NCBI GenBank assembly: GCA_030682615.1
Contig: JAUXNY010000082.1
Location: 47,550 to 111,549 of the forward strand
Direction of reading: 5' to 3'
Source of the DNA: Candidatus Aquicultor sp.
GTDB taxonomy: Bacteria; Actinomycetota; Aquicultoria; Aquicultorales; Aquicultoraceae
Length of the DNA stretch: 64,000 nt
Every line of letters starts with the position of its first letter. Within the stretch, counting starts at the first letter, position 1. Both the position numbers and the translations under genes were made by a program. Positions 36,322-45,700 of this stretch are shown here, piece after piece. The notes under the pieces were generated by a model that was not told where the DNA came from, did not search any database, and was given only the letters and a program-made list of their open reading frames with translations.

Positions 36322-37073
36322 TGGGTTTTAGGGATTGGTCTCGAGGCAAGATGTCGGATATCAGCGATTCGTATAGGCAGAAGTCGTCTAACTTCGGGGC
36401 GATGGAAGCGGCTGTCTTCGGGAGCGAAGACCAGAGCCTGCCAATCGACAAGGTACGCTATGTTGTCATCGACAGCGAGCTGACCGGATTGGACGCGAAG
36501 AAAGACTCGATTGTCTCGCTCGGCGCAATCCGAATGGTGGGAACGCGGATATTGCTCGGCGAGACCTTTGACAGGCTTGTGAGCCCCGAGACTAAGCTGA
36601 CGGGGGCGAGTGTCGTAATACATGGGATAACGCCGGACGATGTCGCCGAAAAGCCTTCAATAGAGGAGGTTTTGCCGGAGTTCTTAAGTTTTTGCGGTGA
36701 CGATATCATGGTGGGCTATATGCCCATCGTAGATTTGACCTTTCTAAATCGTGAGACGAAGCGGCTCTATGGTGTATCGATCAAGAATCCCATAGTCGAC
36801 GTCTTTGCGCTCGATAAATGGAGGAGGCAGCGGATAGGTGAGGATAGCTCGGGCCATCCGAGTCTATATGATATCGCCAAGAGTTTAGATGTGCCTGTAA
36901 AAGGGGCTCATAATGCGATGGCGGATGCCTTTATTACAGCACAGGTCCTACAGCGGCTTTTACCGGTTCTCATAGACTTAGGCATAAAGAGCGTGGGGGA
37001 GCTTCTGGCCGTAAGGAATCCGGGTAAGGGGGTTGATAAGTTTCGTTTTTCGTTCAAGTTCGGCAACTTTTAG
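36321..37073 (+). CDS. DEDDh 3'-5' exonuclease (DnaQ/PolIII-epsilon-like)
   Basis: 250 aa. The ATG overlaps the upstream stop (TAATG). ExoI VVIDSELTGLD, ExoII VGYMPIVDLTFL, ExoIII AHNAMADAFITAQVL. Confidence 0.85.
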   Translation: MGFRDWSRGKMSDISDSYRQKSSNFGAMEAAVFGSEDQSLPIDKVRYVVIDSELTGLDAKKDSIVSLGAIRMVGTRILLGETFDRLVSPETKLTGASVVIHGITPDDVAEKPSIEEVLPEFLSFCGDDIMVGYMPIVDLTFLNRETKRLYGVSIKNPIVDVFALDKWRRQRIGEDSSGHPSLYDIAKSLDVPVKGAHNAMADAFITAQVLQRLLPVLIDLGIKSVGELLAVRNPGKGVDKFRFSFKFGNF

Positions 37074-37093
37074 ATTCAGCTACAATTTAGGGG

Positions 37094-37426
37094 GTGTTCA
37101 CATTGGCTGTTGCAAGCGAGAAGGCTAAAATGGCTCATCAAAAGTATCTCGACAGTCCTGATTTTCAAAAGATGGTGTCGACGAGAAACAGCATCGTCGC
37201 GATACTGACCGTACTGACATTAATCACCTATTTCGGATTTATCTTCCTTATGGCATACGGGAAAGAGACGCTGAGCGCAAAAATCTCAGAAAACATTACC
37301 ATCGGGCTGCCGATCGGCGTCGCGGTAATCGTAATTTCCTGGATATTGACGTTTACTTATGCGAATTGGGCCAACAAAAAGTATGACCAGATGGTCGAAG
37401 ACATCAAAGGAAAGGTAGGGGGCTAA
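37094..37426 (+). CDS. DUF485 (YjcH-like) small membrane protein
   Basis: Two TM helices and the position immediately upstream of actP. Start uncertain: GTG 37094, TTG 37103 or ATG 37130. Confidence 0.8.
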   Translation: MFTLAVASEKAKMAHQKYLDSPDFQKMVSTRNSIVAILTVLTLITYFGFIFLMAYGKETLSAKISENITIGLPIGVAVIVISWILTFTYANWANKKYDQMVEDIKGKVGG

Positions 37427-37429
37427 CAG

Positions 37430-38995
37430 ATGACTACACAATTCGGGGAACCGAATCCCATAGCAATATTCTTCTTTCTTCTGTTCGTAGCGGGAACCCT
37501 GGTTATTACTTACTGGGCTGCGAAACGAACGAAGACGACAAAAGACTTCTATTCCGCAGGCAGAAGCATCACCGCAGGCCAGAACGGAATGGCTATCGCC
37601 GGAGACTACATGAGCGCAGCCTCGTTTCTGGGTATCGCCGGAATGGTGTCGCTTAGCGGCTTTGATGGTCTCATCTACGCGATCGGCTTTTTGGTAGGCT
37701 GGCCGATAGTCATGTTCTTGATTGCCGAGCCGCTGAGGAATCTCGGAAAGTACACGTTCTCGGATGTCGTCGCCTATAGGCTTCGCTCGGGTCCGGTTAA
37801 GACAGCGGCCGCGGTTTCAGCTGTAACAGTTGTCATCATGTACTTGATTCCACAGATGGTAGGGGCGGGCACACTTATCACGCTGCTCTTAGGCCTCCAA
37901 TATGAGGTGGCGGTCGTGCTCGTCGGAACTCTTATGATGGCGTATGTTCTCTTTGGCGGGATGATCTCAACGACTTGGGTTCAGATTATCAAAGCCGGAC
38001 TGCTTCTTTCCGGCTCGACGATTTTGTGTATCCTCACACTATCGAAGTTCGGCTTCAACCTCGACCAGTTCTTTGGCGCCGCGGTTCAAAAGGTCAACAA
38101 CTTGACCAATACGACCGACGGCTTCAAAATGCTCCAACCGGGCAAGCTGCTGGCTAACCCGCTTGGCACAGTATCACTCGGAATAGCTCTCATGTTCGGT
38201 ACTGCGGGTCTGCCACATATCTTGATGAGATTCTATACGGTACCCGATGTTAAGGCCGCTAGAAACTCTGTCACCTATGGTACCGCCTGGATTGGCTACT
38301 TCTATGTCTTGACCTTCATCATGGGCTTCGGCGCAGCCGCGCTCGTCGGTCAGGATGTAATCACCGGTATCGATGCGAAGGGCAACATGGCGGCACCGCT
38401 TCTCGCGCAGGCCATCGGTGGCCCGGTATTTCTCGGGTTCATCTCGGCGGTCGCGTTCGCGACCATTCTCGCGGTCGTTGCCGGACTAACGCTTGCCGGC
38501 GCTGCTGCTTTCAGCCACGACCTATATGCGGGCGTTTTCAAGAAAGGCAAATCCACCGAGGAAGAAGAGATGAAGGTAGCCAAAATCGCTACAGTCGCTT
38601 TCGGCATCATTGCCGTCGTTCTCGGTATGGTTTTCAAGGGGCAAAACGTTGCGTTCATGGTCGGTCTAGCGTTTGCTATCGCGGCGAGCGCGAACTTCCC
38701 GGCGATTCTTATGTCGGTCTTTTGGAAGAAGTTCTCGACGAGCGGCGCGGTAGTCGCGATTTGGTCGGGTCTTCTGTCGTCAGTTATCCTAATAGTCCTT
38801 GGACCGACGGTCTGGGTGGATATTCTAGGTAACGCCACGCCAATCTTCCCGTTGGGCAACCCGGCTATCATTTCGATGCCGCTGGCGTTTATCTCGGGTA
38901 TTCTCGTGTCGTTGCTCGCTCCCGAGGCCGAGGCGCGGGAGAAATACGAAGAGAAGAAGGTCCGCCTTTACATGGGCGTCGGCGCTGAGCAGTAA
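37430..38995 (+). CDS. actP: Cation/acetate symporter ActP (SSF family)
   Basis: 521 aa, ~13-14 TM helices. GRSITAGQNGMAIAGDYMSAASFLGIAG and GLPHILMRFYT blocks. Confidence 0.9.
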   Translation: MTTQFGEPNPIAIFFFLLFVAGTLVITYWAAKRTKTTKDFYSAGRSITAGQNGMAIAGDYMSAASFLGIAGMVSLSGFDGLIYAIGFLVGWPIVMFLIAEPLRNLGKYTFSDVVAYRLRSGPVKTAAAVSAVTVVIMYLIPQMVGAGTLITLLLGLQYEVAVVLVGTLMMAYVLFGGMISTTWVQIIKAGLLLSGSTILCILTLSKFGFNLDQFFGAAVQKVNNLTNTTDGFKMLQPGKLLANPLGTVSLGIALMFGTAGLPHILMRFYTVPDVKAARNSVTYGTAWIGYFYVLTFIMGFGAAALVGQDVITGIDAKGNMAAPLLAQAIGGPVFLGFISAVAFATILAVVAGLTLAGAAAFSHDLYAGVFKKGKSTEEEEMKVAKIATVAFGIIAVVLGMVFKGQNVAFMVGLAFAIAASANFPAILMSVFWKKFSTSGAVVAIWSGLLSSVILIVLGPTVWVDILGNATPIFPLGNPAIISMPLAFISGILVSLLAPEAEAREKYEEKKVRLYMGVGAEQ

Positions 38996-39048
38996 TCTAC
39001 TGTAGAGCGTAGTTTTTAAACCGATACAACTATATAACAGTTAAGGGG

Positions 39049-39101
39049 CAGGCTCCAGGAAAGAGCTTAACTATAGCTTGTTTAGGTGAACCTGGAGCCT
39101 G
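39049..39101 (+). other. Long stem-loop downstream of actP (possible weak terminator or processing site)
   Basis: CAGGCTCCAGG ... 31 nt ... CCTGGAGCCTG (11 bp perfect), followed by GTATACTTTTG. Confidence 0.4.
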
Positions 39102-39228
39102 GTATACTTTTGTGGCGTATAGGCATTATTGTATGCCTCGGGGAGTAAAGATTAGGGAAGCGTGGATACAGAACGCATGGGGTCTGGCCTTTATTTGGCC
39201 GGTAAAGGGAAAGAAATGAGGGGAGAGT

Positions 39229-41196
39229 ATGACAGAAAAGCTAGTTGTGGCCGGGGAAGCGGTTATGAAGTTTCCTCCGCCTGCGGAGTTTAGCGCGAAG
39301 GCTCACATTAAGAGCATGGAAGAGTACGAAGCGATGTACAAAAGGTCTATCGAGGACCCGGACGGTTTCTGGGCCGAGATGGCCGAGAAGAACCTCACCT
39401 GGTTCAAGAAGTGGGATAAGGTCCTGGACTATGATTTCCACAAGCCGTACATCAAATGGTTCGAAGGCGGCAAGCTAAACGCCTCGTTCAACTGCCTCGA
39501 CAGACACCTCAATACTTCGAGAAAGAACAAAGCGGCTATCATCTGGGAGGGCGACGGCGGGGAGTCGAAGACCTATACTTACCAGCAACTTCATCGTGAA
39601 GTAAACAGATTTGCCAACGTTCTTAAGAAAAACGGTGTCTCTAAAGGGGATAGGATCTCGCTCTATCTGCCGATGATTCCTGAGCTCGCGATTGCGATGC
39701 TCGCATGCGCGAGACTCGGCGCAATCCACAGCATAGTCTTTGGAGGCTTCAGCTCGAACGCGCTCCGCGACAGGATTCAGGATTGTGCATCGTCGCTTCT
39801 AATAACATGCGATAACGGCATGCGCGGCAGCAGAATCGTTCCGCTCAAAACCAACAGCGATGCCGCGCTTGAGGAATGCCCGACAGTTAAGACGTGTATC
39901 GTCGTAAACAGGGCCGGCGAGTGCGACATGAAAGAAGGCCGCGACGTATGGTGGCACGAGGAGATGGCCGCAGCCGATATCGCAAGCTTCTGCGAGCCGG
40001 TCGAGGTCGACGCCGAAGACCCGCTCTTTATTCTCTACACGTCGGGTTCGACCGGCAAGCCGAAGGGTGTTCTCCACACGACCGGCGGCTACCTGCTCTT
40101 CGCGAACATGACCTTCACGGACGTATTTGATTATAAAGAAGAGGATACGCACTTCTGTACGGCCGATATCGGCTGGGTAACCGGCCACAGCTATATCGTA
40201 TACGGCCCGCTTTCGGCCGGCGCTACCAGTATCATGTTCGAAGGCGTACCGAGCTATCCGGATGCCGGCAGGTTTTGGGATATTTGCGATAAGTACCAGG
40301 TCAATATCTTCTACACCGCGCCGACCGCTATCCGGGCGCTTATGAAAGAGGGCGACAGCTGGGTCGAGAAGCATGACCTCTCCAGCCTGCGCGTGCTCGG
40401 TACTGTTGGCGAGCCTATCAACCCGGCCGCATTTATGTGGTATTACGAGAAGGTCGGACATAGCCGTTGCCCGTTGGTCGATACCTACTGGCAGACGGAG
40501 ACCGGCGGCCATATCATAACGCCTCTACCGGGGGCTATGACATTGAAGCCCGGCTCGGCGACGAGGCCGTACTTCGGCGTCGTGCCGAAAATCATCAAAG
40601 AGGACGGCTCACCGGCGGCAGTGAACGAGAGCGGGTATCTCATCATCGAGAAACCATGGCCCGGCATGCTGCGCGGCACCTATGGCGATCCCGAGAATGC
40701 CCGTATCAAAGAGGTCTATTTCAGCCGCTTTCCGGGTGCGTACTTCACCGGAGACGGTGCGCGTGTTGACGAGGATGGCGATTTCTGGGTGACCGGGCGC
40801 ATTGATGACGTTATCAACGTCTCAGGTCACAGGATGGGCACCGCCGAGGTAGAGTCGGCGCTGGTAAGCCACCCGACAGTTGCCGAGGCCGCGGTAGTCG
40901 GTTTCCCGCATGATATCAAAGGCGAGGGAATCTACGTCTTCGTAACACTTAAGGACGGCAACGAGCCTTCCCCGGAGCTCCAAAAAGAGCTTATACAGCA
41001 TGTGCGCAAAGTCATCGGACCGATTGCCAGCCCGGATAAATTGCAGTTTACGCCGGGCCTGCCGAAGACCCGAAGCGGTAAGATCATGAGAAGGATTCTA
41101 AGGAAAATCGCTCACAACCAAATCGATGAGCTAGGCGACGTTTCAACGCTAGCCGATCCATCGGTTGTCGATAGCCTGATAAAGGACCGTCTCTAA
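39229..41196 (+). CDS. acs: Acetyl-CoA synthetase (AMP-forming)
   Basis: 655 aa. [59 protein letters not shown] (acetylatable Lys motif). Confidence 0.96.
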   Translation: MTEKLVVAGEAVMKFPPPAEFSAKAHIKSMEEYEAMYKRSIEDPDGFWAEMAEKNLTWFKKWDKVLDYDFHKPYIKWFEGGKLNASFNCLDRHLNTSRKNKAAIIWEGDGGESKTYTYQQLHREVNRFANVLKKNGVSKGDRISLYLPMIPELAIAMLACARLGAIHSIVFGGFSSNALRDRIQDCASSLLITCDNGMRGSRIVPLKTNSDAALEECPTVKTCIVVNRAGECDMKEGRDVWWHEEMAAADIASFCEPVEVDAEDPLFILYTSGSTGKPKGVLHTTGGYLLFANMTFTDVFDYKEEDTHFCTADIGWVTGHSYIVYGPLSAGATSIMFEGVPSYPDAGRFWDICDKYQVNIFYTAPTAIRALMKEGDSWVEKHDLSSLRVLGTVGEPINPAAFMWYYEKVGHSRCPLVDTYWQTETGGHIITPLPGAMTLKPGSATRPYFGVVPKIIKEDGSPAAVNESGYLIIEKPWPGMLRGTYGDPENARIKEVYFSRFPGAYFTGDGARVDEDGDFWVTGRIDDVINVSGHRMGTAEVESALVSHPTVAEAAVVGFPHDIKGEGIYVFVTLKDGNEPSPELQKELIQHVRKVIGPIASPDKLQFTPGLPKTRSGKIMRRILRKIAHNQIDELGDVSTLADPSVVDSLIKDRL

Positions 41197-41212
41197 ACCT
41201 GTTTTAGTTGAC

Positions 41213-41244
41213 AAAAAAGGCCGGCTTAAAACCGGCCTTTTTTT
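41213..41244 (+). terminator. Intrinsic terminator after acs
   Basis: AAAAAAGGCCGG-cttaaaa-CCGGCC followed by TTTTTTT. Confidence 0.8.
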
Positions 41245-41283
41245 AAAACACAAACTCGTTTATAAGGCCCGACTCAAGAGGGG

Positions 41284-41850
41284 ATGGTTGGACCGTTTAT
41301 GAATAATTTCGTCTTAGGCCGCGAGAACACGGTCATTGTCGTCGTCGACATACAGGATAGGCTGGCGGCCGCTATGTCTAAGCGCCAAAACGTCATCGAC
41401 AATTGTCTTCACATAATCGAACTGGCGAAGATGCTCGACATACCCGTTCTTGTGACCGAGCAATATCCGAAAGGGCTCGGTCCCACGGTGGCCGAGATAA
41501 GGGAAGCGCTTCCAGTCTACAAGCCCATTGAGAAGCTCGCGTTTAATTGCTGTGACGCACCGGATTTCCCGGCGGGATTGAGGCAGGTATGCCGTCCCAA
41601 AGTCGTCGTGGTCGGGATGGAGACGCACATCTGTGTGCTCCAGACGACGCTCGGTCTTATTCAGGAGGGATATGGCGTCCACGTCGTATCGGATGCGGTT
41701 TGTTCTCGCGTCGACGATAACCGGCGCGTCGGTTTGGAGTTCATGAGAGATGCCGGTGCGGCTATTACTTGTACGGAGACTGTCCTTTTTCAATTGTTGG
41801 GGGCCGCGGGCACTGAGGAATTTAAAGCGATATCGAAGCGGATAAGATAA
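41284..41850 (+). CDS. Isochorismatase-family cysteine hydrolase
   Basis: VVVVDIQD (Asp), VVVVGMETHICVLQT (Cys nucleophile). Start is ATG 41284 or 41299. Confidence 0.85.
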   Translation: MVGPFMNNFVLGRENTVIVVVDIQDRLAAAMSKRQNVIDNCLHIIELAKMLDIPVLVTEQYPKGLGPTVAEIREALPVYKPIEKLAFNCCDAPDFPAGLRQVCRPKVVVVGMETHICVLQTTLGLIQEGYGVHVVSDAVCSRVDDNRRVGLEFMRDAGAAITCTETVLFQLLGAAGTEEFKAISKRIR

Positions 41851-41996
41851 GCGGTAAGCGGGGACGTTGCTTGTTGAGTAGTTTATAACCAGATAATCGC
41901 TCAAATCAGCAGAGAAGGAGGACGATACAGTAGATTGAATAGGGGATTGGCTACCTGAGTATTCTCAGTTCTTATCCGAAAGAAAGGGGTGTATAA

Positions 41997-43349
41997 GTGA
42001 AGGAATCAAGCGATATCCGCGGATGGATAGTGACGTTTTCCGGAACCGCCATAAACTTGGCGCTGGGGGTTCTGTATTCTTGGAGCATTATCGCAAAGTC
42101 TATGAAAGTGCCGGTGAGCGATGGTGGTTGGGGTTGGAGCGCGACGCAGACGCAGCTTCCCTACGCGGTCGCATGTGGCGTCTTCGCAATCATGATGGTA
42201 TTTGCCGGAAGGGCTCAGGACAAGTTCGGCCCGCGAATCGTGGCGTCTATCGGCGGCGCACTTACCGGTTTGGGTTTAATGGTGGCGAGTCTCGCATCAG
42301 CCAATAATGTCTTCTATGCCGTTCTGGGCTTCGGCGTTATGGCGGGTGCCGGAATCGGCTTGGGTTATGCCTCGGCGACGCCGCCCGCTATCAAGTGGTT
42401 TCCGCCCGCCAAAAAGGGTCTAATCTCAGGCCTGGTCGTCGCCGGTTTCGGGCTGGCTTCAGTATACATCGCCCCGCTGACGACCATACTCATCAAGGAA
42501 AACGGAATCAACCAGACGTTTTTACTTCTAGGTAGTGCGTTTCTTGTCGTAAGCGTAATCTTTGCGCAGTTCTTGAAGAATCCGCCGGCCGGCTATGTCC
42601 CTATGGAAAAGCCATCGAAGAACAAAGCGGCCGGTACGACGCCGCCTCCTAAGAAGTATGATTATGCTTGGCACGAGATGCTGAAGACCCGCCAATTCTA
42701 TTTACTGTGGATAATGTTCGCGTTAGGTGCGGCAGCAGGTCTATTGACGATTGGAAGTCTCGCCACTATAGTCTCAACGAAAATAGCCGGTGCGAGCACC
42801 GATGCGGCTGTTTTGGCGGAAGCGGCGAAGTGGTCGAGCCTGATAGTCGCTATTCTGGCGATTGCCAATGCGAGCGGGCGAGTTATAGCGGGTTTCTTCT
42901 CAGACCTCATCGGCCGCGTCCGCACGATGCGCCTGGTCTTCTTCTATCAAGCTATTTGCATGCTCGTTTTTCCAGAGCTTGGCACGGTAACGTTTCTTGT
43001 TCTTGGTTCGATATTCGTCGGGTTTAACTACGGAGCCCTTCTGGCGCTCTTCCCGTCGACTACCGGAGATTACTTCGGTACCAAGAATCTCGGCGTAAAT
43101 TACGGACTTGTCTTTACCGCCTGGGGTTTTGGCGGCGTCTTCGGTCCGGTCATGGCCGGCATGATAAAGGATGCCACCGGCTCGTTCTCGCTGGCTTTCC
43201 AGATATCGGCAGCGCTCTGTCTCGTCGCAGCGCTAGTCTCTTTTGTAACTAAGGTGCCGAAAGCCGCACTTATCGGTAGTCCCGTTGAGAAAGAACAGGT
43301 CGCTATCGACCGCGGGATGATGGTCTTGGATGAGTCGAGCGCGAGCTAA
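41997..43349 (+). CDS. MFS transporter, oxalate/formate antiporter (OFA)-like
   Basis: 450 aa, 12 TM helices. N-terminus GWIVTFSGTAINLALGVLYSWS and FAGRAQDKFGPR are typical of the OFA/monocarboxylate subfamily. Confidence 0.85.
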   Translation: MKESSDIRGWIVTFSGTAINLALGVLYSWSIIAKSMKVPVSDGGWGWSATQTQLPYAVACGVFAIMMVFAGRAQDKFGPRIVASIGGALTGLGLMVASLASANNVFYAVLGFGVMAGAGIGLGYASATPPAIKWFPPAKKGLISGLVVAGFGLASVYIAPLTTILIKENGINQTFLLLGSAFLVVSVIFAQFLKNPPAGYVPMEKPSKNKAAGTTPPPKKYDYAWHEMLKTRQFYLLWIMFALGAAAGLLTIGSLATIVSTKIAGASTDAAVLAEAAKWSSLIVAILAIANASGRVIAGFFSDLIGRVRTMRLVFFYQAICMLVFPELGTVTFLVLGSIFVGFNYGALLALFPSTTGDYFGTKNLGVNYGLVFTAWGFGGVFGPVMAGMIKDATGSFSLAFQISAALCLVAALVSFVTKVPKAALIGSPVEKEQVAIDRGMMVLDESSAS

Positions 43350-43803
43350 AGAGCGAGCGTATATTTAACTAACGATGTGTCGCTAATGACATTAGATAGC
43401 TCGCCGGCGTAAGGCTTCGAGTATAGAGCGGGGGGTCGGCTTTTGAGCCGGCTCCCCGCTATGCGTTTGATGGGCTTCGGCTGATGCCGCGGCTGCTTCG
43501 TGGGTTGGTCATCGGCTGATGTCTCGGCGGACGTCGCAGAACCCGGCATATTTCTTGTGCGATATGGAAAGATACGTAGTAAGGCTTAAGAAATATCGAT
43601 AAGCGACGCTTTGATTGCTAGCGCTCGTATGTTTTGCGATAATCTTAGTATGAATAGGGCATTGAGGCTTTTTGAGGTCGATATAGAAATTGATACCGGC
43701 ATCTCGGGAGTGCGCGTGGTCTAAATTATGTAGAGTGGCCGAGTGGTAATGGAGGGTGACGCGCACCTAGCAGGGGTGGCGACATGCTATTAGGAGAGTC
43801 TTT

Positions 43804-44943
43804 ATGGCGGAAGAAGAGAGCAAGCAAAAACAGCGGGACGATAGGGAAGGCCGTGGGCGTTTCGAGAAAGAGCACAGGATGGGTCGCGGAGGCCTGGTTT
43901 TCGGACTCATTCTCATAACCATCGGTGTCATTCTCCTGGTCGACAACTTCTATCCCGGTCTCGGGTTTACGAGACTGTGGCCGGTCATAATCATCGCATG
44001 GGGCTTCGCCGTTCTGGTGTCCGGTCTTATCCCACCCTTTGATTTCTCAAAACCTTTAGACGGTATCCTCATCGGGACCATTGGCGTGGTTCTTCTCTAT
44101 AACACGCTCGACATAGTACCGTACCGCTTCTGGCTCGAGCTCATCGCGCTCTGGCCGGTTTTGATAATAGCGCTGGGCTTTTCAATTCTGGGCGGCGTTA
44201 CGCGCAACCGCTTCATCGCGGCGTTGCCGACGCTTATAATAATAGCGACCCTGCTTTTTGCCCTGTTTTATGTAGACGGGCCTTTGCGCCCGAGGATAGA
44301 GCTGACGAGTGTTAACAAAAGCCGTGACGCGATACCCGGGGTGAAGACGGGTGAGGCTACCATAGATTTCTCCGTCGGTGAGCTCGATATAGGGTCGACC
44401 GGGATGCTCTACGATTTGAACGCGCGCGAATTCGGAGACGAGCGGGGACCGCAAATCGATTTCTCACGCTCAGATGGCAAGGTCGAAATCGAGCTTAAGT
44501 CCCGGGACGATGTCCACTTTTACAAGTGGGATGAGCAGCGCGTGTGGAATCTAATGCTCTCCAAAGATATAGACTGGCGGCTCAAAGTCGACGCCGGGGT
44601 CTCCGATAGCGACTTGGATTTAAGCGAGCTGGACGTCAGTTCGGTCGATATCGACGGTGGTGTGGGGAGCATACGGGTTCGCATTGGCGATAAAAGCAGG
44701 CGGGTCGACGCAAAAATAGACACCGGCGTTTCGGAGTGCAGGATTATGGTCCCGAAGAGTTCGGGTGTGAGGCTATCCCTTGACCGGGGGCTGTCGGCGG
44801 TCGATTTCAGGGACATTGATTTGAATAAGATATCGGAGAACGGGCTAACCGTCTACGAGACAAAGGGGTTTGCAGATGCTTCGAAGAAGATAGACCTCGA
44901 TGTCGATATGGGGGTCGCAAGTTTTATCGTTGAAGGATATTAA
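43804..44943 (+). CDS. LiaF-like membrane protein with C-terminal toastrack (DUF4097/DUF2154-like) domain
   Basis: 379 aa. Charged N-terminus, ~6 TM helices (GLVFGLILITIGVILLVDNF), then a repetitive beta-rich region (VDIDGGVGSIRVRIGD..VDAKIDTGVSECRIMVP). Confidence 0.7.
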   Translation: MAEEESKQKQRDDREGRGRFEKEHRMGRGGLVFGLILITIGVILLVDNFYPGLGFTRLWPVIIIAWGFAVLVSGLIPPFDFSKPLDGILIGTIGVVLLYNTLDIVPYRFWLELIALWPVLIIALGFSILGGVTRNRFIAALPTLIIIATLLFALFYVDGPLRPRIELTSVNKSRDAIPGVKTGEATIDFSVGELDIGSTGMLYDLNAREFGDERGPQIDFSRSDGKVEIELKSRDDVHFYKWDEQRVWNLMLSKDIDWRLKVDAGVSDSDLDLSELDVSSVDIDGGVGSIRVRIGDKSRRVDAKIDTGVSECRIMVPKSSGVRLSLDRGLSAVDFRDIDLNKISENGLTVYETKGFADASKKIDLDVDMGVASFIVEGY

Positions 44944-44946
44944 GGG

Positions 44947-45699
44947 GTGAGGATAGTGCCGGAGAATCATCTGCCAGCGGACGAGCGGGAGCCGGGCGAG
45001 GAAAAAAACGAAGAGGGCCCAAAGGAGCAGGCTCAACAGTCGCAGATGGGGGAGACAGGCACACCGCCCGGGGAACCCCGGCGCCTATACCGGTCGCGAA
45101 CGAACAGGATGCTCGGGGGTGTTGCCGGTGGTATCGCCGAGCATCTCGGCGTCGACCCGACGTTGATTCGGTTGATATGGATTCTCTCGATATTTACAGG
45201 TGTCGGTATAATCGGGTATATCATTGCGTGGATTATCATCCCGGAAAACCCGTCGCGCGAGGGGGCGACGGAGGTCAGTCAGCCCTCCATACCGACGAAA
45301 ATGCCCGGCGAGGTCGGGACGTTAATCGGAATCGTCCTTATCGGCCTGGGTATCTGGTTTCTATTGAGCAACTTGGGCCTGATACCGGCGCCGTTCTTCG
45401 CGTTCCTTCGCGTTGTCCGCGGCTCGTTCTGGCCCATCGTGCTTATCTTCGTCGGTATTATCATCATCCTTGCGACCAGCGGGAGGAGGACGTTTACTAT
45501 AGAGACACAAGGAAAGCGGCTCTATCGGTCGAGGCGACAGCGTATGATAGCCGGTGTGGCGGGCGGCATCGCCGAATACTTGGGGACCGACCCGACATGG
45601 GTGCGGCTCGCGTGGGCGGTTTTGACAATAGCCAACCTGCCGGCGGGCGTCGTCGCGTACATCGTCGCGGCCATCGTCATACCCGAAGAGCCGAGGTAA
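44947..45699 (+). CDS. Membrane protein with two PspC domains
   Basis: RLYRSRTNRMLGGVAGGIAEHLGVDPTLIRLIW and RLYRSRRQRMIAGVAGGIAEYLGTDPTWVRLAW, each followed by a TM helix. Start is GTG 44947 or 44956. Confidence 0.85.
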   Translation: MRIVPENHLPADEREPGEEKNEEGPKEQAQQSQMGETGTPPGEPRRLYRSRTNRMLGGVAGGIAEHLGVDPTLIRLIWILSIFTGVGIIGYIIAWIIIPENPSREGATEVSQPSIPTKMPGEVGTLIGIVLIGLGIWFLLSNLGLIPAPFFAFLRVVRGSFWPIVLIFVGIIIILATSGRRTFTIETQGKRLYRSRRQRMIAGVAGGIAEYLGTDPTWVRLAWAVLTIANLPAGVVAYIVAAIVIPEEPR

Positions 45700-45700
45700 A

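Noticed and set aside
43729-43790. tRNA-like fragment (GTAGAGTGGCCGAGTGGTAATGG resembles the acceptor/D-arm of class II tRNAs) in the 450-nt gap before the LiaF-like gene.
   Set aside because: It has no anticodon arm and no GTTCGAAT T-arm, and the D-stem does not close. At most it is a decayed remnant, not a gene.
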